Shown: in pieces, positions 1 to 11,495 of the stretch
Layout of the letters: every line of letters starts with the position of its first letter
Position numbering within the stretch: the first letter of the stretch is position 1
From: Leptogorgia sarmentosa
Taxonomy: Eukaryota
Assembly: GCA_964658305.1 (NCBI GenBank)
Contig: OZ210885.1
Coordinates: forward strand, 3,658,001 to 3,722,000
DNA length: 64,000 bases
Direction: 5' to 3'
Notes under the pieces: generated by a model
Told to the model about the DNA's origin: nothing
Databases searched by the model: none
The model's input: the letters and a program-made list of their open reading frames with translations, nothing else
Translations under genes and position numbers: made by a program

Positions 1-261
1 TCTTGATCAGTCATAAATGTTCCATGCAAGTTATGAAATCCCACAACAACTTTGATGGGTAATCTACTCCTTCAAATGGTTCAAAAGGATCCGGGAAAAT
101 TGCTCCTAAAATCGCAGCAAAAATCGTCGGTGTGAATAGGGCTTTAATCAAATAAAGAAATGCTAAAAATGCTCCAAAATTGGAACCATAATTTATAGCA
201 ACCGACAGCATATCCTGGGCAAACGTAGATTGAGCAAGATTTTTGGCTTCTTATATATATA

Positions 262-1079
262 TACCGGGTGGCGCAAAAAAAGTATAACTGTTTGATTACT
301 TATAACTCAAAAACCATACGCGGTAGAACCCTAAATGGAGTTTTATTGCATCCAGCTATGTCTAACTTAAATTTTGGTATATTCGACAGGCATTTTCGTC
401 CAAGATTGACTGAGATATGAGAGTTTAAACGTTCGTTGACAATTTTGAAACCTTCACAAATTAGCTAAAAACGGCCCATTAAATATTAATACAGCATTAA
501 CGACATATAAAGAGATGTACCGTGTTCCGAATCGTATAAAACAAACGTCTATTCGTTAGAAAATGCATGTCCCCGAGCACGAATGCAGCGTCTTGCCAAC
601 TCTTTGGTCCTTTGTTAAACGAGGCATAATTATTACTTAGAAGCATACGAGGGGACATTCGCATTTTAGAATTCAGTTCATTCCCTTTAGACGTCGAATT
701 AAAATTTAGAAAACTTTTAATCAACCTTGCCTTGTAGCTTAATTTTTCTGTTGCCGAACAGCAAACAAAAACGAGAAAGCATATCTGTTACAAGGAAGAT
801 GGAATTTGCACTTCGACTACGTTTGTTAAAACGCTGCTTATGTTAAAATAGTGACGCGGTTATAAAATCAGTTTAATAGGCCGTTTTTAGCTAATTTGTA
901 ACCGTTTGAAAATTGTTCACAAACTCTCATAGCTATCTCAGTCAAGATGCCTGTCGAATATACCAAAATTTAAGTTAGACATCGCTGGATGCAATGAAAC
1001 TCTATTTAGGGTTCTACTGCTTATGGTTTCTGAGCTATAAGTAATCAAATGGTTGTACTTTTTTTTGCGCCACCCGGTG
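262..1079. mobile_element. Tc1/mariner-type MITE with ~240-bp terminal inverted repeats
   Basis: Left ccgggtggcgcaaaaaaagtataac mirrors right gttgtacttttttttgcgccacccgg; the inverted match extends to about 490/870; inserted in a TA run on both sides. Confidence 0.88.
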
Positions 1080-1259
1080 TATATATATTCTGAAGGCATA
1101 TTTTTTTCATTTTTTCAAAATGAAAAAATTGAGAATTTTGGTAACCATCCAAGTTCTTCGCGATTAAGATATGGCCTTGGACACAAGAATTATATATGAG
1201 AAAAAAGACTTGATAAAATAGCCATTTAAAAAGACGAGCGTTGATTGGTCGAGAGCTCA

Positions 1260-1480
1260 AAAAACCCGTGTTTTTATAACACTATAGAAACACGAGAATT
1301 TTCACGCGGTTGCGTGGATTGCGCGTGAAATCAAAATACAAAATTAATCAAAACTCGAAATTGTGTGGAAACACTCGCACTTCGTGTTCGCTTTCTCACG
1401 GAATTTCTCGTTTCGCCCAAATTTCCACGCGTGTTTCTGCAACTCTATAGAAACACGGAAATTTTTTTCTATTTCCTAAA
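1260..1480. repeat. Dispersed repeat with internal palindrome (related copy at ~34538-34740)
   Basis: ctatagaaacacg motif occurs twice around an internal inverted repeat (gtgtggaaacactcg/cgctttctcac); a similar architecture is at 34538-34740. Confidence 0.55.
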
Positions 1481-4270
1481 TGGAAAAGATTTTTTATGTT
1501 CATGACATAGCTATTTAACTGAGACTGACAGTTACTGTCTGAACGTTTTCGCAGTATTGGTGCAGCTATAATATTGCCCCTAAGTGTGAGAGTGCGTATT
1601 TTCGGAAAAAATCAGCTCTAATCAAAGTTTTTGCATTCGAATAACTTATAATACATAATCATACAAGACAATTAATGCTATTGTAAATGAAGACATGCAA
1701 AACAACCATATGCTTTAATTTACACACATGGGGAAAGAAAAATTCGTGTATTGCTTGGACCGGAAAAAATGTCAAACGTAGTACAATATCTTTCATCTTT
1801 GTTGTAGTACATTTTTGTATGCAAAAGTGGTGCTGGCATTTTATGAAGGGCATGACGGAATTTGACTAAGTTTGGCATTATGGCAAAATATTCTCAAAGA
1901 CCACATTGACGGCCATGCACTGTGTGTAATATCCTGTATGCATTTGAAGATTTTTTATCTAAGGGGTTTCGTTGATCATTGTCAAATATCGTGTTACTAC
2001 ATCCTGTTACTATATTTATTATGTCATGCTAATTATTTGTAGCCACTAATGTGATAAATTGAAGATTTAAACAGAAATGAACTAAACAGTCATACATGCG
2101 TATGTACAAAAATCTTCGAGCATTTCAGATCAAAATAATAAAGTTTACGCCTCTGTGATGAAAGGCAGGGATGAAGCACCACTTAACTGACGACTTTGAA
2201 AGCATTTCCCGGTCAAATATTATATAAATTAAGTTAAGTGGATACAAATATGGCCACTCTTAAAGTAGCCATTGCCATAGTTACTAAAACACAACTTAAA
2301 ACGTAAAATTCAGGATTGGTGGCAACAAGGATGTATAACAACGTTACGTACACACGCTCTTATTACATATTTCTTTGAAACTGAAAAATGAACTGCTCCA
2401 GAGCATTAATATTTTAGCGTTCTTACCTTTCGCACATGTAAAAGGAGAATACATATATAACATACAGATAGTATCTATAGTGTTGCCTCAAAATGGTGCC
2501 ACTACAGCCTGTTTCATCCAAAAGGAATCATCAGGTTGCTCTGTATATATACATATAATAAACTAAAGATATGATGTATTAGGTTCTGAACCACTGATTA
2601 TTAGACAAATCAAACGATTGTTACTTTATTCACGAGAATGCTGGCTGGTAATACCGTAGACAATCCTTCAGAGAACGAGCTTTAAAATACTTGCATTAAT
2701 TGCAATGATCAAATGGTAAAATGATATTAAAATTCTGAACACTCAGAGCGAACCACTGGCCTGCATATTATTACTAGGTTTGGGTAAAACCTTTGGTTTT
2801 ACCGTAGAAATTTTTATTTATGGACAGTATCAAGAACATTCTGAAGGCTCGTTTCTCTCATTTTTTTACAATGAAAAAGTGTCTAGCTTCCTCATTATAA
2901 GTTAGGCTCTGCAGCTGGGTCAAGGTTGTCGAGACAATTTTCCACATTGTAGATTTTCCCATATGACTTGGGCCAAATATAAAGACTTAGTAATTAGCTA
3001 GCTCACACAATCATGATTAGTCAGTTTTACAATTGTTGATTTGTTGTTGTCATAGTTACAAAGATGCCACTCTCGATTGGGTGTGACATTGAGTTGGTGT
3101 TGCAAACGATTGAAGAGCAAATACCTTATAGTGGGTGCGTTAGTAAGAACTTCAATAACTGCCTAGTCATTGGCAACTGTTATGGTCCTTAAAAACAAAC
3201 ATTAAAAGCCATGGAATTCTAATATTTTGTTTTGTTTATAGAAACAGTAAAAAGCCTATCAATAGATTTAAGTATTGCTATGCAGAAAATGCATCATCAT
3301 CAATCAAATATAATCATGTGAAAAAAAATCTATAGACAAGATTTTTTAATTTCATGACTTGACTAACAGATACTTTCTGGTGATGTAATATTGCCTCAAA
3401 ATTCGACAAAAAAAGTTTAATAGTTTCTACATTCATTAGAATGACTTGTATACGCCAGCGCCATTGAAAAAGTGGACAATAGAATCAACAGATCGTGTAG
3501 CTGTATAGCTGAAAATTGAGAAGGTAAAATTCTAGAGCACTGTATATAGGAAAGTTATACGACAAATTAAAACTTAACGTTCGATTCTAAAATACATTAA
3601 TATGATTCATGAAAATTCTTCCCTCTACTTTCATAAGTGTTAGCTACATCGCTGGGGATTTAAATAAGACTGCACGTTGTAGTATTCACTGCAGAATAGA
3701 AAAGGAAATAACAATTTTGTGCCTCATTTCGGTATGGTATATATTTGCCCCATGCTTTCCGAAGGGGTGTGGCTGTTGTTTGTTTATATGACCAAATTAA
3801 GTTAATTTTGTAAGGCTAATTTTTTAGTGGGAAAAGCCTGATTGATAGATGTCGAATTCAATGTTGCTTTTTACTTAGAGGTTCAATCGGTTTAATTCCA
3901 CACAGCACACATTAAGCTCACTTGTATTTCGTCACTCTCGTAATTGTAAAACTCCGAAGCGTTAAACTCAGAAAATGTCTAACTGCAACTTAACTATCGT
4001 CTAAGTAGTGAGTAAAACCCTTACTGCTGTTTGCCTTTGAACATAAATGACTAAAGAATGTATAGTGAACAGTCACCATGACGAAATCTCAATGAACTAC
4101 GACAACTGAAAATTTTTCTTTTAAGCAACTTGCTTTGAGCAAATCGTATGGAAGGTTCGCAGTCCAATCACGGTGAATACTCTTCACGTGATTAAATGGA
4201 GTTACAAAATAACGCTCGAAATGTCGCGTCATTTCAGGATTGTCTGGATATTAAACAAATTTCAACAAGT

Positions 4271-4309
4271 GGCTGGTGTTGGCTGGTGTTGGCTGGTGTT
4301 GGCTGGTGT
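4271..4309. repeat. 10-bp tandem repeat (ggctggtgtt)x4
   Basis: Read directly from the sequence. Confidence 0.9.
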
Positions 4310-6159
4310 AGGTATAGTGGATAACAAGCGGCAAATGTTCTGCCAGGATACTAAAGAATATACTAAAGTTTTTATAACTGTATACTGTATGTCATGCAGT
4401 AGATACATAAATCAATTTGTCTATAGCAATTTTTAATTTCTACAGGACAAGAAATAAAGAACACTCCTCATAAGACACTTCCGATAGTATAATATAGCGT
4501 TTGCGTAGTTTGTGAAATATAGTGTTGACATAACTCAATGTCAACAGCAAATAATTTCCACTGCTTTTAAAAGGTTTTTTTTAATAAAGTTTCTCCTTTA
4601 TTTTTAGCTGTATTATTAAAGTGCGCAAAAATTTTTGCGTAAAATTAGTTTTTGTGCGCAAGCCATTTTTAAAGTGCCTTCCAACAACAAATTTCCTACT
4701 CTAAAAAAGATAGATTTTTAAATATACTCAGTGCAAGATGTGCCAGAGGGTGGTAATCTACCTAGTTTAACTGAACGTTTTCACAAATTTCGTGCGCTCG
4801 TTAGTTTAGGGAATACTTCCCACAGTAAACTTTTTTTTTATATACACCCTGTATATATAGGTCTATTAACAGTCAGCGGTTCCCGTAAATTCCATCACCA
4901 TATAAATTGCCTATTTATGTCATTTTCGTAATGAACTGCACAACAAAATTTATATCCATAATAAATCTACAATTCTACAGTATGGAAAAAGATATATTTT
5001 TGAAGCAGTACTCCAAACAGACGGGAAGAGGAAGTTTAATTATACTGTTTCTAAGGTTTTGCATTCTCCTGATCAAGAATGATATATTTTTTGACTAAAT
5101 CTTTGAATGCCAATTATGGCTCCAAGTCTTTTTATTGTGAAGCAAGAACATTCCAAATGTTATCTTAACTTCCTTGTTGGCAAAAGTATTTTTTTAATGA
5201 ATTGTTTCACAATTGTGATGTAATACAGTGAATTTCTCAGTGTCTTATGATCATGCAGGAATATCTTGGCTGGTTTTAAAGTAGATTTCAAGTGTTTCAG
5301 GTAATAAGTTCTTCAACAGAAAATATCTGAACATAAAGAAACATGTTACATAACCATCATTAACCATTCAGTTCAAGTGGGTCAAGTATATCTTTATAAT
5401 TTGGTCCGGTCTGATCAAAACGCGATTTGTGAGTCAATCATCTAATTTTAACTTTAATTTTCTGAACATGCAGAAATCTTTTAAAACAGTCTTGTACGTA
5501 GTACAAATCAACTTACCACAAATCAAATTACCATAGACAAGACGTGGACAGGGCATAATAACTACAGTAAAACACACAGGTTTATGGGTCAAGTGACTCA
5601 AGTCCCCTTTCCGAAGTTCAAAGGAAGGCTGGTGCCGAATTCATCTCCTATGGAATTGTGGGACTGAATTAAGGACGCGGGAAAAATTATAAATTTGAAT
5701 GTTTTATAAACAGCTGTTTTATAGTTATAATGTTTATAATCTTTTTCTCGTCCCAAATTCAGCCCCATAATCCCTAGGAGATGAATTCGGCACTTTTGAA
5801 CTTCGGAAATGGGAATAGCCGTGCGCAGGAGATCACACATTATATATTAACTACAGTAAAACAAGTAAATTGATTGGCCAATAGCCGTGACGACAATCCT
5901 GCACGTTATTCTGCAAGGAAAATTCTGAATGCTTGCTTACGAGCATAATGCTCACGATTCACAGGATTTTTAAAATGTAAAGTTAAATACAATAAAATAA
6001 AAATATAATACGAAAATTTGACAGTAACAGAAATATTGTTCATCGGAAACAACAAACAAGGGTTTCTGCTATTTATGAAAAAGAAATTAACATTTTCCGT
6101 TGTTTCACCGCATTTAGTTATTTTTTAAAACAAGTATACCAAATGGTTTTCTCGTGCAG

Positions 6160-6812
6160 CAAGGACGTCAATCCTGGGGGGGGGGACTTGCCCCCCCCCC
6201 AGCTTTTCGCTTGGGGGACGACTATATAATTGTCCCCTCCCCCCACTTCTTGCCATTTCTTGTTTTCTTTTACTGGTGACTATAGTCATTATACAAGTTA
6301 TACAGCTATATCATGCTTAATGGTAGTAACCTTTCATTCGGGTTAGGTAGCAATCTTTCATTTCAGGGTTAGAGCGTACCAAAGAGATAGATCTATGATT
6401 CTGAAATGGTTAGTTCCGGCAATGTAGAGGTTTTAAATGTTCAAAATTTTATCGCCAACCATGGTGGCGCCTAATGGGACGTTGGGTCGTTATTTTTACG
6501 TTGAAAACGTTCCCACGTTCCTCTTGGAGTACTTGTACGAACGTACTTGTAGGAGAGATGTAGGAACGTTTTCAACTCCAAGAAAACCAGAAACGCCCCC
6601 CCCCCCGCTCACTTTTGCGAATGGATTTTCTCCCTTGTCATGCAGGATAGCGTCATCTATGCACCAGGGATGTGGACACTTTTTGGAAGGTGATTGCAGC
6701 AAAATGGCCTGGGAAACGTCAAGGCCAAACGACCTCTAAACGTCTGAATTCCATGGGCTCTATATCTAACGATACGAGCAGTCCCTGACCGTGGTTACCA
6801 TCGACGTGCTAT
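6160..6812. mobile_element. Degenerate GC-rich MITE of the family carrying the ggcgccaaccatggtggcgcc core
   Basis: G/C runs near the left end; core cgccaaccatggtggcgcc at ~6452-6470 is shared with elements at 13412-13753 and 62821-63297. Ends are approximate. Confidence 0.55.
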
Positions 6813-6868
6813 ATTGGTTTTCAATTATGAAAAAGAAATGCTTCCCAAATAATATGTTTTTCAAAACT

Positions 6869-6999
6869 TTTATTTGTGTTTGAGTAGAATCTCTAAAATT
6901 ACAGCAATTATATCTACTGTATTTTGTCTAAAGGAGTTGATCTACATTCTTTGTTTCTTCATCTTTTTTCAGTGCCTTGTCCGTTTCTAACCAAAAGTC
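6869..6999 (-). other. Probable last exon (3'UTR) and AATAAA signal of the secreted peptide gene
   Basis: Donor GTGAGT at 7394-7389, 7 nt after the stop; pyrimidine-rich acceptor ttcctttcttttaatgtag ending at 7000; AATAAA at 6874-6869. Confidence 0.65.
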
Positions 7000-7401
7000 C
7001 TACATTAAAAGAAAGGAACAACATTAGGATTTATGGAATGTGATGAAAAGTTAAAATTGGGAATAATTATGAACTACGGCGAGTACGAGTGGCTGTAGCA
7101 TGTACTGTAAAAGTTCATATTCCTGGACATTACTGTAGTCTGCAAAGGACTTGTGTGTTTTATAACTAGAAGGATTCTAACAATGGCACTGCGAAGTAGT
7201 TTTGAAGTTCCATTAGTTCCTAAACTGAACTATGGTACCTTCAAGCTATGAAATCACGAGTTCAAGAGATCAGGTAAAGAACTTGAATTACTCAAGTTAT
7301 ATCTCAATATACATTACCAATTTCAATAAAATACTAATATATATTACTATGAACTATAATTATTTCATGTTGTATATAATTTCTAGCAACTCACTTTACA
7401 T

Positions 7402-7618
7402 TTAGCCTTTATAGTAGTAGCCACGTCCTTTGCTACCGCTACGACTCCTGCTTCCACGACGTCCGTTGCTATGGCTACGACTACGGCTACGACTACCGCT
7501 TCCACTGCGACTGCGGCTTCGTCCACGACCCTTTCGTCGCCTGCCGTAACGTTTTCGGCCATGACGACGACGACTAGGCAGAGCCATTGGATCAGCAAAC
7601 ACTTCGTTTGAAGCTGTC
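7402..7618 (-). CDS. Exon 2 of secreted Arg/Ser/Gly-rich cationic prepropeptide (105 aa total)
   Basis: Acceptor gttttaaacttttctag| at 7619; a phase-2 junction joins exon 1 in frame: (K)TASNEVFADPMALPSRRRHGRKRYGRRRKGRGRSRSRSGSGSRSRSRSHSNGRRGSRSRSGSKGRGYYYKG*. Confidence 0.85.
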
Positions 7619-8346
7619 CTAGAAAAGTTTAAAACATTAAAGTTCAATGTTGTTTTGAGATATCTTGCATGTTCATATAAATATTCAAATTTCTTCATAA
7701 TTTTTCATATTTTTTCTATATAATTTTTCAAGATGGCGGCTATATGATCACGATTCTTAAAATGCAGAATATGCGCTGTGAATTGGCTATCGTTAACCTC
7801 ACTCTAAATCTTACCGAAAACCTCAACCTAAGCCTGCCCAACTGAACTTTTGAAATTAATTTTTTCAATTGTTTTTGAAACCACCTCTCGTTCCATCCCT
7901 TTTAACCTAAGTCATGCATGTCTAAACGGGAAAGGCCCGCAAACAAGTCAAACGCGATTTTCAAGTTTACAGAATGAAAAATAATTACTCCCGATATAAA
8001 ATTCCCTAAACATTTTACTGGTAATTGACAATACTTTGCTAATTATCTGCTTCACATGCTTCTGGAAATTCCTTTCAAAATGTGAAAATTCGTTTTGTGG
8101 CATGAAATCGAGGTCGCGTGATAAGTAAGGCAAGAATCGATTTGCATCGCAATTCTACTTTTGGGAGATGCGAAATTGGCAAGTACGAGTATCAATAGAT
8201 TTTCCTAATGATTCTTTACAAATCAAAAAGTCTTCACTAACTTTACATGTCTTGAAAGCCGAATTGCGTTGCAAGTTGCAAGAAAAATTGCATCGTGTAA
8301 CAAAGCCTTTGGGGAAGGCCCAAGTTAAAAATAAATTTATACTCAC

Positions 8347-8447
8347 TTCTCGAAGACATCTTTCACCAAAGTTTCATCATCTTCACCAAGGATCAGTGTC
8401 GCTGAGATGATCAGCACAAACGCGAACAAGAAAATGGTTTTCTGCAT
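8347..8447 (-). CDS. Exon 1 of secreted cationic prepropeptide: signal peptide plus acidic pro-region
   Basis: ATG at 8447; MQKTIFLFAFVLIISATLILG-EDDETLVKDVFE(K); 101 nt ending at donor |GTGAGT (8346-8341); phase 2 matches exon 2. Confidence 0.85.
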
Positions 8448-8475
8448 CTTTACTCTTTTGCTTGGAGTATCAGTA

Positions 8476-8512
8476 GATTCTGATGTTTACTGCGCTTGCC
8501 GTGGCTTTTATA
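8476..8512 (-). promoter_or_regulatory. TATA box and Inr-like element of the peptide gene
   Basis: TATAAAA at 8512-8506 on the minus strand; Inr-like TCA(+1)GAA with the A at 8481, 31 nt downstream of the first T, which is canonical spacing. Confidence 0.7.
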
Positions 8513-8908
8513 GCAAAAGCAAGCAGTCCAAGCACGCTTAATATGTAATTAAATATATTGTGCCTTAGGGCAAAATTACATTGCAGTAAACACTTAAGAA
8601 ATTTGAAAGATTTGCTAAATGGTATCGGAAGGAGCAATATTTGTAATTACAATATTCAAAAGCAGTAGTGACCATTAAAAATATCCAGTTGTATTCATAT
8701 CTGAGCAACCACGTCTAATTACAATGTAATTTATACTAAGTTGTCAACAACATGAAATGTAAGATATTCAGTACATTCAAATACTTTCTTGTAGCTTTGC
8801 AAATAAATTATGAATGATAGCATCGAAATACATCATAAAGACAGACTAACAAATTAAAAGACGTAATGAATTTTAGCGTACCTATGAGCGAAGCCCCTTG
8901 TACGTTAA

Positions 8909-9094
8909 AGTGGCTATGTCACGGATTGCCTGGTTACACAGCAAGGTCTCAATTTGTTCGGGAAAAGTATCATGCTGACGAATATTAATTTTATAAGGAC
9001 ACCATAAAAAAACAAGTGAGAACTTTTTGGATCGCAATCAAGTTTGATTCAATGCTGTTAGGTAAAATGTCATGCAAATCGTGGCATAGCCTTT
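8909..9094. mobile_element. Kolobok-type MITE (TTAA target duplication)
   Basis: ttaa|agtggctatgtcacg ... cgtggcatagccttt|ttaa. Confidence 0.7.
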
Positions 9095-10592
9095 TTAAAT
9101 CTTGATAACGAACAAGAGCAGGAAGGATAATCTGACTACCTAAACGATAAAACAGATTCGACGTTTCGATTAATTCCCGACGAAGGGCTACCTACGTTGG
9201 CGACGTGTGCTGTTTTTTAAATCTTGCACTAATCCCCAATGCAGAGTCTTTGGTAGACTAACGTTGAATTTTGTCTCATCTTCCTAGTAATTAGTCTTTG
9301 AATGTATTTCATGTGGTGAATAATAACAAACCGTTTCATTCTGTACGAAATACCACGAGGTTATGTATTTAAAAAAAAACAGTAATATGTTGCCCAAAGT
9401 AGCAGTGGTTGGCAGCGCAGTTAAACTAGCGACGTTCTTGAAAGCTGGCGTTTCTCTGAGAACATGACCAACTTTTAGGTAACTTTCCCTCTTTTTAAGA
9501 GCCACATCTATCGGAATTTTGAGTAAGTTGGAAAAATCTATCAAACCACAATTTTTCTACCTGAATATCACTATTGCAAACCATACACCCCCATACCTTC
9601 ATTACTTACAAACTAGCACTATCTGAAGATCTGAGATTCTACTCGTTCGAAAGCCTTACTTTCAGTGATATTTTATTCATGATTTTCATATATGCATACA
9701 GGTCGTTCATCTTGCAAAAACATGCCACGCCCCGCACGTCAAAGCCTCAAGTGTTTATGAAATGATATACCCACTCCAACATGTTATTGTAAAGATTGTT
9801 TGACATCACAACATAACTTCTTGGGTAGAATGAATTTTTGAAACTGTCTTTTATCTATATAGAAATTATTCGCTATGCAAATACAACCATTGATATCAAC
9901 ATTGATGGCACATCAATTGATTTATGTGGCAATAAGTATAACCAATGAAAACATATTGTTAACATTTTTTGCGTCCTAATAACAGGTTGTTGTAAATGCT
10001 GCATTCTGATATGAGTATACGAGCGATTGCATCAATGTTAGACAATCGGCATACACATTACTGCAATATTAATCATCTATCTTATGTTGCGGATAACAAA
10101 TCATGATAACCAAACTAAAGTTTAGCCAGCCAAGGCTAAAACGCGTGCTATTATTTTATTCTCCAGGCAGCACATGAAAAATTAAGGAATCAATAATATT
10201 TCATCATCTTAACTATTTCCGAATCGTCGTTGTGAATTGTAAATTTCAGAAGTGATTAAACTGAAAAGAATGTCTGTCTAAAACAGGTAAACAGGATAGG
10301 TAAATTGTAACGTCACAATTTGAAAGCACTATCCGCAATAGTGGAAACAACAACCGCAAATTAGTACGTCGTAGAAATATTTCATTTATTTTTAACTATT
10401 TTCGAACCGCCGTACAGTTGTAAAATTAATATGGAATGGATGAATCACTCCCGATTCTAATAGTCACTTTCCATAAAAAATTCTAGGACATCTGATAGGG
10501 TTAGGGTTAGTTTTGGGATCAGGATATTAAAGATTAAATTCGAGATTGTTAATATGGAAATTGAGGCGTACTATATATTACGAGTAAATATT

Positions 10593-11189
10593 GAGGGGGA
10601 CGTTGGGGCCAAGTAGAATCAGAAGAACCGAACAAAAAAATAATAAAAACCAGAAAACCGCAGTGAATGAAGAACTGAACCGAAAACCGCACTATTTAAC
10701 CATGAAAATTGTGTATAAAATTTCGTTCAAACACATTGTCAAACTCTGTTGCCATTGGTTGCCTGAAACAACACGTGGTGACTGCTCCATCCAAACAACC
10801 TTCTTTGCCTGCGAAAATCTCAACATCCCCAATTGATCGCAATCTCCAGACAGAACAACTTTTCTGATTGGCGTAGAGCAAATCTGAGCCAAGTTTGGCC
10901 AAAATGCAGGGATCGTTTGGAGCAGGAATGACGAAAGATGACCAATTGCAACTTGAATGTAGAATTGAATGTAGAAAAACTCTGGGAAACCGAAAATTAC
11001 ATTCCAAACCAAATCCGAAAGGCCATGAGTATTTCAATTGAAAACCGAAAATCGACTGCTAAAACCTTTAAAAACCGTAAACTGTGAGAATTACCGAAAC
11101 CGAAAAACCGCAGTTATTTGACAGAAAAATCGAAGAATCGACCTAAAAATTGACCAAATCCGCAAAAACCGAAAATCCCAATGCCCCCC
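10593..11189. mobile_element. Non-autonomous DNA transposon with aaaccg-rich subterminal repeats
   Basis: Termini gagggggacgttggg / cccaatgcccccc; aatatt on both flanks; many aaaaccg motifs inside both ends. Confidence 0.65.
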
Positions 11190-11277
11190 AATATTAGTTC
11201 AATTTTAACTATTCGCGAATTAACAGTCGCACGAGTCCGGAAGCGTGAAAAAATGTCTAACTGCCGGTAGCTTATAA

Positions 11278-11495
11278 GGACCAGTTGCATCAAAGGCGTT
11301 TAGCTTAAACGGTAGATGAGTAAGAAATATCAAAAAAGTTTATGAGTTATGGACTACAAGGAAACCAAGCCTTTCTTTTCTGTCTTCTACACATTAAGCT
11401 GATAAACGTATTATTATATTAAGTTTATCTTAATACTATATTAAGCTTATATACCTACCGTCTAATAAGCTAAACGCCTTTGATGCAACCGACCG
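11278..11495. mobile_element. Small palindromic MITE (Harbinger-like)
   Basis: gttgcatcaaaggcgtttagctta ... taagctaaacgcctttgatgcaac inverted repeat. Confidence 0.75.

Noticed and set aside
7402..7698. Protamine or SR-protein call for the Arg/Ser-rich ORF
   Set aside because: A strong acceptor at 7619 and an in-phase upstream signal-peptide exon with TATA/Inr explain it better as a secreted precursor; the ORF's first 27 codons are intronic.
8063..8072. NF-kB-like TGGAAATTCC in intron 1 of the peptide gene (also at ~16356 next to TGACGTCA, and GGGAATTCC at 23517)
   Set aside because: Short imperfect motifs are expected by chance in 64 kb; no conservation data to support them.
10497..10510. 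Telomeric TTAGGG repeats (also degenerate at ~7790-7835 and ~61395-61490)
   Set aside because: Only about two units or highly degenerate; not an interstitial telomere.
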